Origin: Flectonema sp. DT1601 | Lineage: Eukaryota | Assembly (NCBI GenBank): GCA_964019425.1 | Contig: OZ025781.1 | Location: 558,001 to 622,000 of the forward strand | Direction of reading: 5' to 3' | Length of the DNA: 64,000 nt | Shown here: one piece after another, positions 8,573 through 21,453 of the stretch | How the letters are laid out: every line of letters begins with the position of its first letter | Numbering within the stretch: the first letter of the stretch is position 1 | Notes under the pieces: model-generated | Databases searched by the model: none | What the model was told of the DNA's origin: nothing | What the model saw: only the letters and a program-made list of their open reading frames with translations | Translations under genes and position numbers: made by a program

Positions 8573-11500
8573 ATGGCATCGGACGTATCGCTGATGGTGA
8601 AAGTAGCTCACAGACTGAGCTACGGACTCAACGTCTTGTTTACACTGAGTAATGAGGTAGCGGATATTCATGTTGAGGTGAAGATGCTGTGCTTGAGACT
8701 GATAAATCATTTACCTGACTTGCAAGAACTAGAGATGGTTGGTTGCATTCGAAATCCTGGTGAGACAGCAACGTATTTAGGAATTTTTATTGAAATCGTT
8801 TCTGATTTGGGTGAAATTTGTAAGGAAATTGCGAATGAATCAACGCTGTTGTCAAGCACTCCATTTTCATCTAAAAATCGACTGACGATAATATCGCTTA
8901 ACAATAAGTTAACATGGGTTTTTGAATCTCTAGGATACGCTGGTTCACCATTGCTTCCAAGACAAGATGGCTCTATTATGCATGTTCAGTTCCCAAATAT
9001 CACTGAGCAGTGTAATCATATTTATGATCAACGAAACCATTCTACTCCTGTTCAGACATTTATTGTTTCTGGACAGTGTTCTGCTTTTTATTGTCGCAGT
9101 ATGTCAGATCGTTTAATTGAGAAGGGGTTCATAGATTATTCTATATGTGTTATATATCAGGGTAGTGATTATTTAACAATTTTACTCATACTTAACGAGT
9201 TGGGGATGCTTGACAAGGCCCATGTCGGAAACCCAACAAAAATTTTGATGAGGATCCTCGTTGATGTTTTGAGGAATAAGAAATTGTCGATTGTGGTTAA
9301 AATACCGAAGGGAGTGGAGTCGGAGTTCTTATCAGAATCGATATTATTATCAGGTTATTTAGTTGGGAAGAAATCGTCAGTTGGATGGATTCCCATCTTT
9401 GTGTGTGTTAAGACCGTCTCCACAAATCTAAACCCGTCAATTCCTCATATTACATCACGTTCGTTATCGTCATCCCACTTGTGTAGTTTGTCTAGCATGT
9501 ATTTATTACGTCTGCTTAGAGAACCGAGTAAGATGATTATCCAAAGGCAATTGTTAAGAAACATCCTTGAAAGTAATATTGGAACACCCAAATTAGCGTC
9601 ACTGTTAGGAAGGATGCTTAATGTTATAACAACATCAGTGACTGATAGTTGTAATTCTTCAGAAAGACAGATGCTTATTGATGTGTTACAGGGACTTCAG
9701 GATTCATGTTCTGTGGATAATATTTTATCAAAACTGATACCGATGGTGCCACCACCTCCGATTCAAGGTTGTAGTGTTGATGAGATTACGTCAAAATTAT
9801 GTTTTTTATTTGAAACTGGTACCTTTACATGTTTTGATGCCTGCACGATTCTGTGTATACCATTTATGTCAATGTTGACTACGCTAAGACAGTTTGTTGT
9901 GATTGGAATATGTCAAGACCACTACGAGTGTTCAAATCCTACCTTTTCAATTCGATCAGAATTTGTGAGGTATTACTCTAACAGTGAACGAGTTCCGTCA
10001 AATAAAATAAAAATAATCCAAAAAGGACTCCCATACTACAGAAGCATAGTCTCCAATATTAACTCATGTGCTCTTGTTTCATCTCGACAACATGCTATTA
10101 AGTTATATTTTTATTCAAGAAAAATAATTCGAACGATCATAATAAAGTCGCTTAAATTATCGTTTTTTGGCTCCAAGAAAATTATAATATCTGTACTGTT
10201 GTTGGTGTTGCAGTGTGTTTCGTTTGAAAATAACTTTTTAGGTGAAAGCACGTCAGAGTCGCTTGAAATCTGTAAATTGATATTAAAAAATTTTAAAATC
10301 TCAAATGACGTTGAAAATGACATTCAAAAAGAGAATAAAAATCCGATTCAAAATAATGATTGTTCTGAACTCGTTGATATTCCTCTTGAAGAGACTTATG
10401 AATCAGAAAAAGGTGAACGGACTTTACTGTTTTCTGATATTTGCAAACGACCAAAACACACATTCGAATCCTTAACATCGCTCATCAGAAATATTAAAAT
10501 TTGTAGCAACGATTCATCTTCGTATTGGACAGTTGTTCTTCAAGAGATGAATACATGTTTGGATAACAGTTCTGCTGATTGTTCTGTTCATATGGATACC
10601 ATACAACAACACCCAAATGATTCTTCAATTGTTTTAATCTTATCTACGTTACTGACTTGCGGAGAACTTATATCTTCAGAGAAACATGCTGAGACTCAGC
10701 AATTGGTTGTTGATATTTCTATTTATGGTTTAGCAGTGTTGAGAAGTACGACTGGAAATTCAAATTATGTTGGTGGTGATGAACTCAATCAGAGTAGTAA
10801 ATTAAATGACATAGACGGTAGTTATTCTGAAATATCGACTGCTGCCGTTGGTGTTGGGAAAGTATTATTTCCTATAAATATCGACGATCCGTTTATGGGA
10901 AGTTTAGCTGCAGCTCTTTGCGACGATCCAATAAGCAGCGCAGTTTATCTTCACAAAGGATGGTCTCACGAACAGGATGTACTGTCATCAATTCAGATTG
11001 TTTGGTTTACACTTTTGCAATGCCGTGGGAGTCTTTTTCTTTGTAAATTTGACGACGTGAATGCTCTTCTCGGAAGCCTGTTGTCATCACCGGTTTACGC
11101 TCCTGCTATTTTAATGAAAAATTGTCTCTTTAAAAAAGCTATATTGTCATCAACTACTTCAATTCGCCTTCATATGCGATACTCACGTGAGGCACTTGAC
11201 GATGCGTCTCTAGCGCTATCAGTCTGTAGACAATTACAGCCTTTTGACGTATCTCAACTCGTACAAAGTCTTGTGCAGGTAGCTGAAGCAAATATTCATT
11301 ACGGCAGGTTTGTGATTTATTAATTTCGGTTATCATTTTTAGTATTGTCATCAAAAAAAAAAAAAAAAAAAAAAACAACAACAACAACAACAGGTTCGTT
11401 GACTGTGACCGTGCCTTAACAAAAGCTTTACGTCTATTGACTAAGTCTGATGGAAGTTTGGTAGATATGGAAATTGGTATTTTAACACCCCTTCGAATAG

Positions 11501-13281
11501 AAGCCTACCTATCGGAGGTGACTCAGGGAGTTCGCAACGCTGAAGAAATAAATAAAATGCAACTATGCTGCGGCGTTATAATTAACGTTTCCCTTCTAAT
11601 GTTTGAAGTAAGCAGGTTTCATGACTGTATCGTTACGACGGGGAGGATTAGAGAGGAAATATCTGAGACTTTAAGCACTTATCATCCTTTATACACTAAA
11701 GCTATACTGCTATCACATAATGCTAGTACTGCCTCTGGTACTTGTATTAGTGATTTGTTAGGTTCATTAAAACTTGTTGAAGAGGCAGCAGTCATCACTC
11801 AAGACGTATCTGGACTGTCAAGCGAAGACTCTTTTCGATGTTATTTCTTGGTTGCTTATAATATGATTAAAATATACGACTATGACTCGGCTTTGGTGGT
11901 TTCAGCGAAGATAATACACGCGTTGCATGGCTATCCCTGGGATCTGAACATTGATATTAACAATTCTGAAAACAAACAAAAAATTGATATTTCGACCCTA
12001 TCAAACTGTGTGAACACCCTAAAAGATAAAAAACCGCATTCCCTCATCCACTGTGAAGCCCTTTACTGTTTAGCTGAATGTTTGTACAAAGTGAGGCACT
12101 ATGACACAGCACTTGAATCTGTTAACGCGGCATTACATTGCCTGTCAGTGATTTGCACGGAAGTTACATCAAACGGAGCTCCTCAGCATCCAATGGCTCC
12201 GAACATATTATTTTTGAAATCTAAAATTTATATAAAATTAGTAGACTATCCCTCTGCTACTGAAGCTGTCTCATCGGCAATTCAAGTAGTGAGATTACTG
12301 TGGGGATATAGACATATTCGTGTTACCAAAATGGTTGACTTACTTGGGGTTATCTACACCAAGCAACGGAAGTACGAAGCTGCTGTGGAAATGTTCGCTG
12401 AGGCGTTGGATCTTTGCAGATATTTTGTTGGTCGATTGGAAAGATGTCATAGATCAAAGAAACCTGTAAAACAGAATGTAGATTCAAAGCAAAGCGTTTC
12501 ATCAGCCTCGAGCGATATTAGTGTGGTCAGCTTACGGGGTGATAATATTCAAAAAGAGGGTCCTGTTGGTAGCAGTATTAACTTAGATGTTTGTTTACAC
12601 CCAGTCGCCATATCCTCAATTTCACGTCTTGGAAATGCTCTCTTCTTCCTCGGGAATGCTGATGGAGCAGTTGATCATCACGTGCTTGCGTTGAAATTAG
12701 CGACTCAACTATTCGGTGAAAACTCTATTCAGTTTTGTAAATATCTGATGGCTTATGGTAATGTTTTGTATAGCGCTTCTCGATGGACAGATGCTGAAAA
12801 TAGTTTTAAAAAATGTGTTCACATCCTCTCGAGTCTACTCTCAGGAGTGGTAGGAAAATCCGTCTTAGTGAGTAAGGGGTTAACTGCGTGGGCTCATGCT
12901 TTAGAGAGGCAGCAGTTGTATGAAGAAGCGCGTCCTGTTTTGGAAAGATGTTTGCGAGTGACTCACGGAAATCCACATGCGAGTCTTCTTGATATTGCAA
13001 TGGTACTTCACAACCTTGGAGTAAACAGTTATAATATTCGTGATTGGGACTCTGCGGAGTCGTTTTTTGAAACTTGTCTTCAATTTCGATGTGATGCGGG
13101 TCTACCACCAGAACATCCTCTAATCTACGGAGCATCTAACTGGAAACTTTGGGTCTCCCACGTTCGTCAACATCCCAGCGATTGGATGCTTCAACGAGTC
13201 GACGTCCCTTCGACAATGACAGGAAAAGTCTCAGCTACATTTAACTTGATATCCAGATCGTTGTTTAAATATGGAATGTGA
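8573..13281 (+). CDS. ~1540-aa TPR-repeat protein, possibly NLR/STAND-like; exons 8573-11307 and 11394-13281
   Basis: A GT..AG intron at 11308-11393 joins the two long ORFs in frame (..YGR/FVDCD..). C-terminal kinesin-light-chain-type TPRs, e.g. LGVIYTKQRKYEAAVEMFAEALDL and LHNLGVNSY. Confidence 0.8.
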
Positions 13282-13564
13282 TGTCAATTCTTACACGACA
13301 AAAACAATTTCTTTTTTTTTTTTTTTTTTTCCCCCCCCCCCCCAATTCCTAAAAAACTATTCTCTAAAAGCATAGAGAATAGATTGCGAGCGAAGTTTGC
13401 CTGTTGGTAGTGCGAACTATTACACACGGAGAGTCTCCCACAAGCGAATAAAAAATCATTATTTTTTTTTTTGAAACTTGTGTTGATCATTATTATTTTT
13501 TTTTGTTAATTACAACGATTCGAAGACTCACCGCGTCCCCTCAGCCCTCCCAATCCTTCGGGGG

Positions 13565-13605
<41 letters not shown>

Positions 13606-13847
13606 TAGCGAATGAAAAAAAAATTTACCGTGTTTGTTTGTTTGTTTGTAGTGTAAGAAGATATAGAAACCCAATTACAACGTGAGTTTCTCCGTTCATA
13701 TTCAAAATGTTCTGATTTTGTAATTTTTATTGTTTTTTTTTTTCTCACACAGAGTGTACCACAGCAGTAGATATTTATACTACTTGTATAGTACTTCATC
13801 AAGTAGAATAGTTTATTTTATTTAAAACAAGAGCAGGTAAGAAACAT

Positions 13848-16577
13848 ATGTCTCGAACAGACACCTACCTTCGCTCAACGAGAGGGTATATTATAACTTC
13901 TGTAGTCTATCATTTATTATATGTGTTTTGTGCTTTGGATGTGTACTACCGAAGTCCTATTCAAGACATTGGAGGGATGGGATCACACAAGACTGATAGT
14001 AATATAAAAGCAAAAAGAGTAGTTTTCATTACAATGGATGGGGCTCCAGCTGATGTTGTATTTTCTGGTGCGAATAAAGATTTAATAAATTTGAGAGAAG
14101 GTGGTGAGGGAATGACTGGAAAGGTGACTGCACCGTTTCTCAACAAAATTCTCTCTGGAGAGAAGGGGAATACATGTTGGGGAGTGACTCATACTCATGT
14201 TCCCACTGAATCACGTCCAGGACACGTCGCACTCATTGCTGGTCTTTACGAAGACCCCAGCGCAGTGACTACTGGATGGCAATATAATTCTAACACGTCA
14301 TTCGACACTGCTTGGAAAGAATCTCGTTCTGTTTGGCAATGGGGTGCTCCTGAGATCGTAAATATATTTAGCGCGGCGCCTCACATCCACACTTTTCCAT
14401 TCCCTGACGAAATGAATGATTTTGCTCTCAATCCGGAAACTTTAGATTCCTGGGTCGCTGCAAATCTCACATCATTCTTGTCATCTACCGAAACTCAAAA
14501 TAATCCAGATTTGCATAAGTCTGAAATTATATTTTTTTTGCATTTCTTGGCGATGGATTCTGCCGGCCATAAGTTCGGGACCGCCTCTTCCACTGCGGGC
14601 TATTATGAAACATTATCTAACCTTGATAGGTGTCTGGAAGATAGTTTTAATGCGATAAAAAACTTTTACGGAGACGAAGACACAGCTTTTGTAATAACTG
14701 CGGATCACGGAATGACAAAAAGAGGTTCCCACGGTGATGGTTCTCCAGAAGAGACACGAGTTCCTATAATTGTATTTGGTGCTGGAGTCTCTGAAGATTG
14801 TCTCGAAGGTAGCAATCCGGAAGTCCTTCACTCTCGTGAATCGTTTTCGTCAATTGAAGAAGAGAATTCTTTTGTTAAAAGTAATTGGGGTCTTAATCCA
14901 AACACACGTCTTGATATGCAAGCTGCAGATGTCTCGATGCTCTTATCTGCTCTCTCGGGAGTCCCTTACGCGACTCACAGTGAAGGTGTAGTTCCAACGA
15001 GGTATCTTTCATCAAAACAGTCTAATCGCTTTCACGCCCTGTTCGCTAACTTGCGTCAGGCACGCGAGCGCCTGCTAGCCTCATCCAACCTCCGTGAATC
15101 TAGAACGTTCTCAAAAACATTATTTTTCAAATGGGAATTTGAAAATTCGATCGAACAGCGATTCTCAAAACTAAACTTGGAAATAACAAATACTCCAGCG
15201 GGAATCGATCTTGACAGCTTTATTGATGACGTAAGAGCTCTGTTAGAAATGTATCAACAAGGTGCTTTGTACTACAGACATTACGACTACAGAGTAATGA
15301 TCGTTGGTGTGGCAGTAGCGTACATAGTCTGGAATGTATTCAGTCTTTGTGTCTCTACGGAATTAGTTGTGAGAAGTGATCGCAGACAAGATTGTCAGTC
15401 GGGGTATTTATTTGAAAAAATAATTGCATTGGTTGTATACGCAGCTATCGTTCCAACTTTGTGGGCGATTGGTCTTCGATTTAGAGACATCGCTTATTGT
15501 GTTGCACCTCTTCATCTGGTTCCGTTTGTGATAAAATCACTTTCTCGGTTGAGTATTTCCACATCAATATTTAACACAATCATCGGACTAACAATCACAT
15601 CCTCCCTATTAATCATTATTACATATTCATTCCATAATCGATCTGTACTTACTGTTGGTTCAATTCTTGTTTCTGTGATGTTTATTTGGACGAGAGACTA
15701 CAAACTTGCCATCTCATTTTTGGTGTTGTCGATATTCCCGAGCCTTCCATGTGTTGGAACTGATTATCTATATATTGTGTCGCCTACTGGTATTAGTGTG
15801 TCATCAATAGCTGTTGTTGTGGTGATATATAAACAGACTAAAGAATACTTGTTACCTGCTGGGTGTTATGCAGCTGCATCGTTTGTTGTTTGGTATTCTG
15901 ATTCACTGAGACACCGTGGAGTTGATCCTGGGGTGGTATCCAGCAGCTTTGGATGGATAGTGTTTGTCACATCGTTAGTAATGCCGAGACTACACGGATC
16001 ACCATCTTTACTTCTGCAACTCTCTTGTTTAGGTCCTCCGTTACTACTACTGTCAGTCGGCTATGAATCTATTTTATACATTGCGCTGGTTGTTACGTTG
16101 ATAACTTCAGAACAATTTTTCAAAAAACTGAATGGTCCAACTTCAGTTTCAATGGGAAGCCTGACCCTGACATCGTTGTTGTATTATTGCTTCTTCTCAA
16201 CCGGTAATATCGCCAGCGTTTCTTCGTTTGATCTACCGTCTGTTTACAGACTACAAAGTCATTATGATAAGGGACTGATGGGTGTACTTCTTGTTATAAA
16301 AATTCTAATTCCATTATTAGCAGTTGTCACTGCGATGAGATCATTTTTCCATTCTCAGAGATATTTCTTTGCTGTGTTTACAACGTCGATTGCTCTATCA
16401 GATGTCATTGCGCTTTACTTCTTTTGTTGTCTTGAAACTGAAGGAAGTTGGAAACAAATTGGTCACAGCATCAGTTGTTTTGTTATAACAAACCTGCTGA
16501 CACTGATATTATTAATATTATGGTTTGTGTCATTCTTATTCGTACCAATGAAGAATATAAAAATAGCTGTGGAGTAA
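13848..16577 (+). CDS. PIGN: GPI ethanolamine phosphate transferase 1 (PIG-N/Mcd4)
   Basis: Motifs PTESRPGHVALIAGLYED, FFLHFLAMDSAGH, TADHGMT..GSHGDG, TGNIASVSSF and EGSWKQIGHSIS; multi-TM C-terminus. Confidence 0.95.
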   Translation: MSRTDTYLRSTRGYIITSVVYHLLYVFCALDVYYRSPIQDIGGMGSHKTDSNIKAKRVVFITMDGAPADVVFSGANKDLINLREGGEGMTGKVTAPFLNKILSGEKGNTCWGVTHTHVPTESRPGHVALIAGLYEDPSAVTTGWQYNSNTSFDTAWKESRSVWQWGAPEIVNIFSAAPHIHTFPFPDEMNDFALNPETLDSWVAANLTSFLSSTETQNNPDLHKSEIIFFLHFLAMDSAGHKFGTASSTAGYYETLSNLDRCLEDSFNAIKNFYGDEDTAFVITADHGMTKRGSHGDGSPEETRVPIIVFGAGVSEDCLEGSNPEVLHSRESFSSIEEENSFVKSNWGLNPNTRLDMQAADVSMLLSALSGVPYATHSEGVVPTRYLSSKQSNRFHALFANLRQARERLLASSNLRESRTFSKTLFFKWEFENSIEQRFSKLNLEITNTPAGIDLDSFIDDVRALLEMYQQGALYYRHYDYRVMIVGVAVAYIVWNVFSLCVSTELVVRSDRRQDCQSGYLFEKIIALVVYAAIVPTLWAIGLRFRDIAYCVAPLHLVPFVIKSLSRLSISTSIFNTIIGLTITSSLLIIITYSFHNRSVLTVGSILVSVMFIWTRDYKLAISFLVLSIFPSLPCVGTDYLYIVSPTGISVSSIAVVVVIYKQTKEYLLPAGCYAAASFVVWYSDSLRHRGVDPGVVSSSFGWIVFVTSLVMPRLHGSPSLLLQLSCLGPPLLLLSVGYESILYIALVVTLITSEQFFKKLNGPTSVSMGSLTLTSLLYYCFFSTGNIASVSSFDLPSVYRLQSHYDKGLMGVLLVIKILIPLLAVVTAMRSFFHSQRYFFAVFTTSIALSDVIALYFFCCLETEGSWKQIGHSISCFVITNLLTLILLILWFVSFLFVPMKNIKIAVE

Positions 16578-16698
16578 TTCAAAAGGTTTTTGTACTGCTA
16601 CTAATAGATTTTAATGGTATCCTCTGTTATTGTTAAGTCTTTTTACCCCCTTTGTGATAAAAATAAACTTTTTTATTATTGCTTGTAAAGGTCGTCAC

Positions 16699-17730
16699 AT
16701 GAAAGATGCAACGTTGGATAGTCGTCGGATTAAAGTCCACAAACCAGATCTGTTCATCGAACTCGCAACTTCAATTGATGTTAAACCTGAAAAGGTTTCA
16801 CCACCTCGAAAATCTGTCGCCATGTTTGGTCATTTGACGAAGTTGACCGCCGATGATAATATCGCAATGAAGAAAGCAGTTAGAGAAGCTGCTACTACTG
16901 CGAAAACTGAAAGAAATAGAAAAATGATGGAAAAACGAGCTGCGATGTTGGCTGAAGCGAGTGAGTTAGACTTTCAAAGTAGAATCGATGCCGTCGTTAA
17001 AGAGAACGAGGAGATAGTTCCGAGAGCTTCGGCATTCATAATTAATCAAGAGTCTCGTTCTCTACGTAAAATGGCTCAGTCGCATTCCACATGGGAAGAA
17101 AACACATTCGGTCCTATCCAAGACGCCATCACTGATTTAATTAATTCGGAGAGCCATTCAACTCTCACAAAGAGGAGGAGGAAACACTTCGATAACTACC
17201 TTCAGGAATGTAATTCAAAAGTTGGAGTGTTTCGAGACATTATTATTGAGAGTGATTATGATCCTTTGTTGTGTAGATCAGAGAATAGAAAGAGATTACC
17301 CAACTCTCTGATTCAGACTGCGTCAAATCATAAACTACACGAGACTGATACACCAAACAACAATCCAAAACATTGTAACAGAAATGTTCTTGATATAACT
17401 CTGTGGGATAAAGTTGAATCGACTCCTCATGGTCGATATAGTCATACAAAACCACTTTCGGAGTCATTTTGTCGTCCACGTCCACCAACTGATGTTAATT
17501 TGGATCATTTTTCAGGTCCAATTCCAGTATCTGAACACAAATCACTTCTAACTCGTGAGTTCTGTAGTAAGGGAAAATCAATTGTGAAGCCGGTCAGTCA
17601 TTCTCAAGTTGAGCACAAGGGTAAAGCGATGGTTAAAAATACATCAGAGTCAGTAAATTCTCAACCCGTCCACAGAGGAAAAGCAATCATCAAAAAAACA
17701 ACGTCCACGAGAGAACGAATAGGAATTTAG
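16699..17730 (+). CDS. Hypothetical protein, FAM228-like
   Basis: Long ORF with ATG just after an AG at 16689-16690. WEENTFGPIQDAI and YL...N.K.GVFRDIIIESDYDPL recall the FAM228 family (from memory, unverified). Confidence 0.55.
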   Translation: MKDATLDSRRIKVHKPDLFIELATSIDVKPEKVSPPRKSVAMFGHLTKLTADDNIAMKKAVREAATTAKTERNRKMMEKRAAMLAEASELDFQSRIDAVVKENEEIVPRASAFIINQESRSLRKMAQSHSTWEENTFGPIQDAITDLINSESHSTLTKRRRKHFDNYLQECNSKVGVFRDIIIESDYDPLLCRSENRKRLPNSLIQTASNHKLHETDTPNNNPKHCNRNVLDITLWDKVESTPHGRYSHTKPLSESFCRPRPPTDVNLDHFSGPIPVSEHKSLLTREFCSKGKSIVKPVSHSQVEHKGKAMVKNTSESVNSQPVHRGKAIIKKTTSTRERIGI

Positions 17731-18056
17731 TAAAGAATCTCTTTTTTTATATTTCGGTACCTTGTCAGGTTTCCACAGACATCGTTTTTTTTTTTCAATC
17801 CATCAAAACACTCCACAAAATCAACTTAATTCTGTATACCACCTCATATTATGAAATCTATTTATGTGTTTAGGTTACGTATTTTAAACTTTGCTTGGTT
17901 TTAACTACAACAAATAAGCAATCTGTTTTTCAATTTGTCTCTTTTTTCAGGGAGAGATTCTGTTTCTTTGATATTGTCAGTATCGGTAATAAATTTATGT
18001 TTTGAACAGTATTTTTTGAGTATTTAAAAAAAAAAAAAAAAAATAATAATATAAAA

Positions 18057-19017
18057 ATGGGGAGCATTCTCTCCCGAATTGTTATCGAGGATGAAAATAT
18101 AGGTCGTAGTCGATGGTTGTTGAAAAAGGGAACTTGGATGATTCCACCTGGTTGGTGGGCATCGGTTGTGACATTTCAATTGCCTCTGTGGAGTACAATT
18201 ATAATGTTGTTTAAGACACCTGTTAAGAATAATAAGATAATGGTTTGGGGTGATATCACTCTCTTGGGACTTACACTTTACTTTCAAGTGCTAACGGTAT
18301 TGTCGGATCCAGGGATTGTCGCAAGGGGTTCTCAAGATGACTTAAAGCTTCCTCCTAATCACACTGCAATTGTTGAAACTGGAGAACGATCAGAAGTCTA
18401 CCGTTGGTGTTCTGTTTGCCAATTACATAGACCACCCAGAACATATCACTGTTACACTATTGACTGCTGTGTTCAGGAATACGATCATTTCTGTCCAGCA
18501 GTCGGTGCCTGCATAGGAAAACGAACTCTCGGCTATTTCATCGGCTATCTAACGTCGTCTGGTTTGCTATCGACGTTTCATGGAATGAATACATTATATT
18601 TTTATATTACAATGCCAAAAGAACGACATTCAGAACTCAGTACCATGTGTGCCACGGCTTCTACTTCATGTGGAGCTGGCTTTTGGTCATTAGTTATGTC
18701 AGGCTATTACTTTTAGTATGTAATTTGTTATTACTGTTACTACAATACCTCCCAACTTGATTATTCTCTTATAAATAACAACAAATAATAATAGTTTAAT
18801 ATGTATGGAATCTACTAAACGAGAAGACATAAAGGGACTGCCCAATCCAAATGCTGTCGATTCACCAACACTGCGATACCGATGTAGTGTTTTATGGAAT
18901 ACCCTCTTTGGAGCGCTACCGATAAGTATATTACAAGAACAGCGTGAAAAACAACTACACATGCAGCGGAATGGTCTAGAATCACACGGTCAAATATTCG
19001 AACCTGCAGCAAGTTGA
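18057..19017 (+). CDS. DHHC-type palmitoyltransferase; exons 18057-18715 and 18795-19017
   Basis: SDPG and CSVCQLHRPPRTYHC...CVQEYDHFCP (DHFC variant). Intron GTATGT..TAG at 18716-18794 removes the apparent stop and supplies the TTxE-like STKRE motif. Confidence 0.9.
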
Positions 19018-19326
19018 TTTTCATTGTTGTAATAATTTAATCTTTTTTTTGTTGGAGTTTTTTTTTTCTTTTTAAAGGTCTTCCCTACGATTTACCTTTA
19101 CAAAAAAAAAAAAAACGAAAAAAAAAACCCAAAACAAACCTAACAAAAAACGTCTTCTTCTGATGGAATAATATTTATTATTTATTGCAGAGAATTGTTC
19201 TGAATTCTTTTTTTTTTTTTTTTTAAAATTCATTCTTACTATTGTATTTCAATTCAAACAGCACTGTTTGCTTCTATTGGTCTTAATCATTAAAGTATCA
19301 ATTTAGTACACGTAATAAATCAAACA

Positions 19327-20796
19327 ATGGCTACGGTTGAGAAATCGTGTCCCATTCCCCAAACTGGAAACTACTACGCAGTGTCAAGCAATCATCAAAG
19401 TGAGACTGAGGATGATTTTGCAGCCCATGTCATTCATTCACTGACGAGACTGTACTTGAATGAATCACGTGAATTATCTGATAAAAAATCAATATTCGCA
19501 CACGTTCTTATACCAGGAGAATTAAGGGAAGAAATCCACAGCTATTCATGTGTTAATCACTGTGCTGTATTATATAGAGGATCTTTATTCTCTTTGGTGT
19601 TCGTTGATCAAAGTAATAACGCAATCGGTGTTAACCAAATTAAAGAAAACATAACAAATTTAAAACAACAAGCTGAGGATAATCTGGTAACTGGACATGG
19701 AGAAGGAGCCGATATAGCTATCTTTACTGGTCTTAGTCGATTGGAATGGAAGAAAATAAGACAGGAATTACAGAATGACATTAGATCGAAGAGAGCAATC
19801 GAAGCAGCGGAAAGCTCTGCGTTTATATTTTCAATAGATGACGATGTGGAGGGTAGCACAGGTGATGTTGGATCATATTTCGGATCCGGAAACACGCGAT
19901 GGTTTGACCATTCTCTTAATATTTCTATTCAACAACGATATGAACAAAACTACTTCAGGCTCTCAGTAGTAACCGAAAGCGGAAACACTGATTCTCCTGA
20001 TCAGTTATGTGATTTCATGGAAAAGTTAAAATGTGAAATGACGAAACCAATTTCTTGCGATCAATCAAACGAAACAAAAACTATTTTAACACACCATCCA
20101 GCATCTATAAGCGCTGCCTCATCTAAGAATGTTATTACGTCACAGCCAATTATAAAAATGGCAGCCTCCTATCGTACAGCAATCAGAGAAGCACCCATCC
20201 TGATTAGTCATTTAATGGACAGTGCGGGTATAGCAGCGGTGTTTCAAATTGCAGCAGCGGTGGCGTATTTTAAAATTTATAATAAATTTGGTTTGTGTCA
20301 CCATATAGCCGCATCAAAGACAGGTTCGAATGCTGTTTTTACTGTTAGTGGTAGTCTCCTTAGAACGTATTTACAAGCTGTTTGTAACTGTCATCCAGAT
20401 CGAGTTTACCCGCAGTATGGAATAATCATGTTACTGAAAGAATTGATTTCTGAATTACGAAAAGGAATAATTGACGTTGGTCGTGGTATCTCAAACCATT
20501 CACCACTCGGTCACTATCCTGCCTATACTTCTAGCGAGAGTCGGTTTTGTTGTTCAGAAGATCAGGTGTTGTACTGCACTCCTCGATTACATACAAATCT
20601 TCATTTCACACACTATACGGCTAATCAACGAGCTTGGTTTTCATTTGTGTGGTGTAGAGGAGACTTTGACGAACTACCAGATACATTCATTTCATGTCTG
20701 AATGAGACGCAGGTATTATTGTGTCCAACGACTCCTCTGAAACAGTCTCCTTCTTCAGAAAGGAGGGTGAGTTATATCGACAGGGAAATTATTTAA
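19327..20796 (+). CDS. Divergent choline/carnitine O-acyltransferase-like protein
   Basis: IAIFTGLSRLEWKKIRQEL, AIEAAESSAFIFSIDD, NTRWFDHSL and FQIAAAVAYFK match family motifs. The catalytic His motif is not evident. Confidence 0.65.
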   Translation: MATVEKSCPIPQTGNYYAVSSNHQSETEDDFAAHVIHSLTRLYLNESRELSDKKSIFAHVLIPGELREEIHSYSCVNHCAVLYRGSLFSLVFVDQSNNAIGVNQIKENITNLKQQAEDNLVTGHGEGADIAIFTGLSRLEWKKIRQELQNDIRSKRAIEAAESSAFIFSIDDDVEGSTGDVGSYFGSGNTRWFDHSLNISIQQRYEQNYFRLSVVTESGNTDSPDQLCDFMEKLKCEMTKPISCDQSNETKTILTHHPASISAASSKNVITSQPIIKMAASYRTAIREAPILISHLMDSAGIAAVFQIAAAVAYFKIYNKFGLCHHIAASKTGSNAVFTVSGSLLRTYLQAVCNCHPDRVYPQYGIIMLLKELISELRKGIIDVGRGISNHSPLGHYPAYTSSESRFCCSEDQVLYCTPRLHTNLHFTHYTANQRAWFSFVWCRGDFDELPDTFISCLNETQVLLCPTTPLKQSPSSERRVSYIDREII

Positions 20797-21453
20797 GAAA
20801 AAACAACAGCAGCAGTGGTGTGTTAGTTCTTATTATGATTATGGTTTTTACATCGACCAGGTCATGGGGCATTCAAATTAGCTGGTTTTTTGCACTGACT
20901 TCCCGTTTCCCCTCCACATTTTCTAAAGGGGTCAGCCAGAATCCTGATAAGATCACACTGGGTTGACACAACTCTGAAAACAAGAGGTCATCAATGGTGT
21001 GGAGAACAAAGCCTTGTCTTATGGAGTTCAGGACAGCCTCAACTGTTGTTACTAAGAATAAACAGAATACTTGCACTTAGTGCCCTCATGCTGCTGAGAG
21101 CCGCACTTGTGTCTGACAGGAGGGAGTTTGTTGTGATAATGCGTAGCAGCTTCCACTTGAGCAGTACTAGATTTTTTATTTTTTTTTAGCATAGAAAATA
21201 CACCGCTTGTACAGCTACAGATCTTATTTACACCCTTATATTATATCCAACTTTTCTGAGTTGGGTATCAAAGTCGCATGTAAACTTGTTTCGTTTTTTT
21301 CTTCTTTTTTTTTCTTCACCTTAATTTTCTCAGCCAGCGTTCTTAGCGACTTTACTTTTTTTTTTGATGTCTCGAAGAGGGATGACTAACTTTATTGTTA
21401 TCACATCTGATTTATGTCTTAAAAATTATTTTTCTATCCAACACAGGGAAAGT

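Noticed and set aside
20855..21170. Higher-complexity intergenic block (possible NUMT or element remnant)
   Set aside because: No recognisable ORF, RNA motif or convincing terminal repeats.
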